64,000 nucleotides of DNA from Schmidtea polychroa (lineage: Eukaryota), in NCBI GenBank assembly GCA_044892525.1, contig CM097887.1, positions 1,240,001 to 1,304,000 on the forward strand, written 5' to 3'. The position numbers were made by a program, and so were the translations under genes. The notes beneath the pieces were generated by a model, which searched no databases, was not told where the DNA came from, and saw only the letters and a list, made by a program, of their open reading frames with translations. Positions 63,367 to 64,000 of the stretch are shown piece by piece. Position 1 is the stretch's first letter. Every line of letters begins with the position of its first letter.

Positions 63367-64000
63367 ATTAAAAAACTTGTGACACTTCTAACAAAAAATA
63401 TTAAATGTCCTCATTAATCGCTGTTATTTATATAAATTATTTTTGATCAGACATTTAGGCCATTCTTTCAACATGGGTTATCTTGATCTCTAGATCTTGA
63501 AAAAGAAGAGTCGTGAATGGCTTCAGTGTTCTAGCAAAATCAATGAAGCCGACTTGCCGAGTCTAAATAGAAAAGCAATCATCCCAATCATCGCATCTCA
63601 TGTTCACGATTTCATTACTAGTGCCTTCATCACCCAGGCTCCAGTACTCTTTGTTCTGTCAGTTTCCAATCAATATATATGGCCCTTTCTTAAATTGAAA
63701 AATCTTTTGAATGATAGCTTCACCAAATGGAGATTCAAATCACGTTTTCTGATAAAATTCAACGTCTTAATAACTTGATCCATAACATGTTTCATTATGA
63801 TACATTAGGGACAAGTGCTAACACAATGATACAATTTGTTCCTTCAACTTCTCTTTCAGAAAATAGATAAGCCCCAGCTTGTAACCCACCATAGCTGGAA
63901 CGCCACCTATAATTACTCCTACTAGGTTGTTCCAATCAAGTGCATTAAATATATCATATTCTGAGAACGATTTTCAATTGATAATAATTCTTGGAAAACG

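Overview
AT-rich eukaryotic (metazoan, ciliated or flagellated) genomic DNA. Most introns are very short (38-62 nt), and several N runs hide sequence (largest ~5357-6941). Host genes: a complete 19-exon outer-arm beta-type axonemal dynein heavy chain (4584-35835, +, 4464 aa as spliced by hand), a PET + 6-LIM Limpet/LIM-9/FHL2-like gene (57949-61290, -, 529 aa) and a small spliced gene for a secreted 6-Cys peptide (2209-2543, -). Expanded introns are filled with intron-specific minisatellites or TE remnants (pogo-like, Penelope-like). The most unusual feature is a young 12.4-kb LTR element (40870-53284, -; near-identical LTRs, GTAT target-site duplication, tRNA-Trp-like PBS, PPT). It has gag but no protease, RT, RNase H or integrase. 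In place of pol it carries a 1123-aa polyprotein: two helical + ubiquitin-like modules, a Bcl-2-like domain, an internal signal/anchor, a chuvirus/gB-like env N-terminal half and a TM tail. It also carries an ISG20/REX4-like DEDDh exonuclease ORF and an antisense, intron-retaining KLHL20 fragment. A solo LTR of a sister family, two MITEs and a pair of orphan GC-rich ORFs are also present. All domain calls are by-eye motif recognition; no database searches were run.
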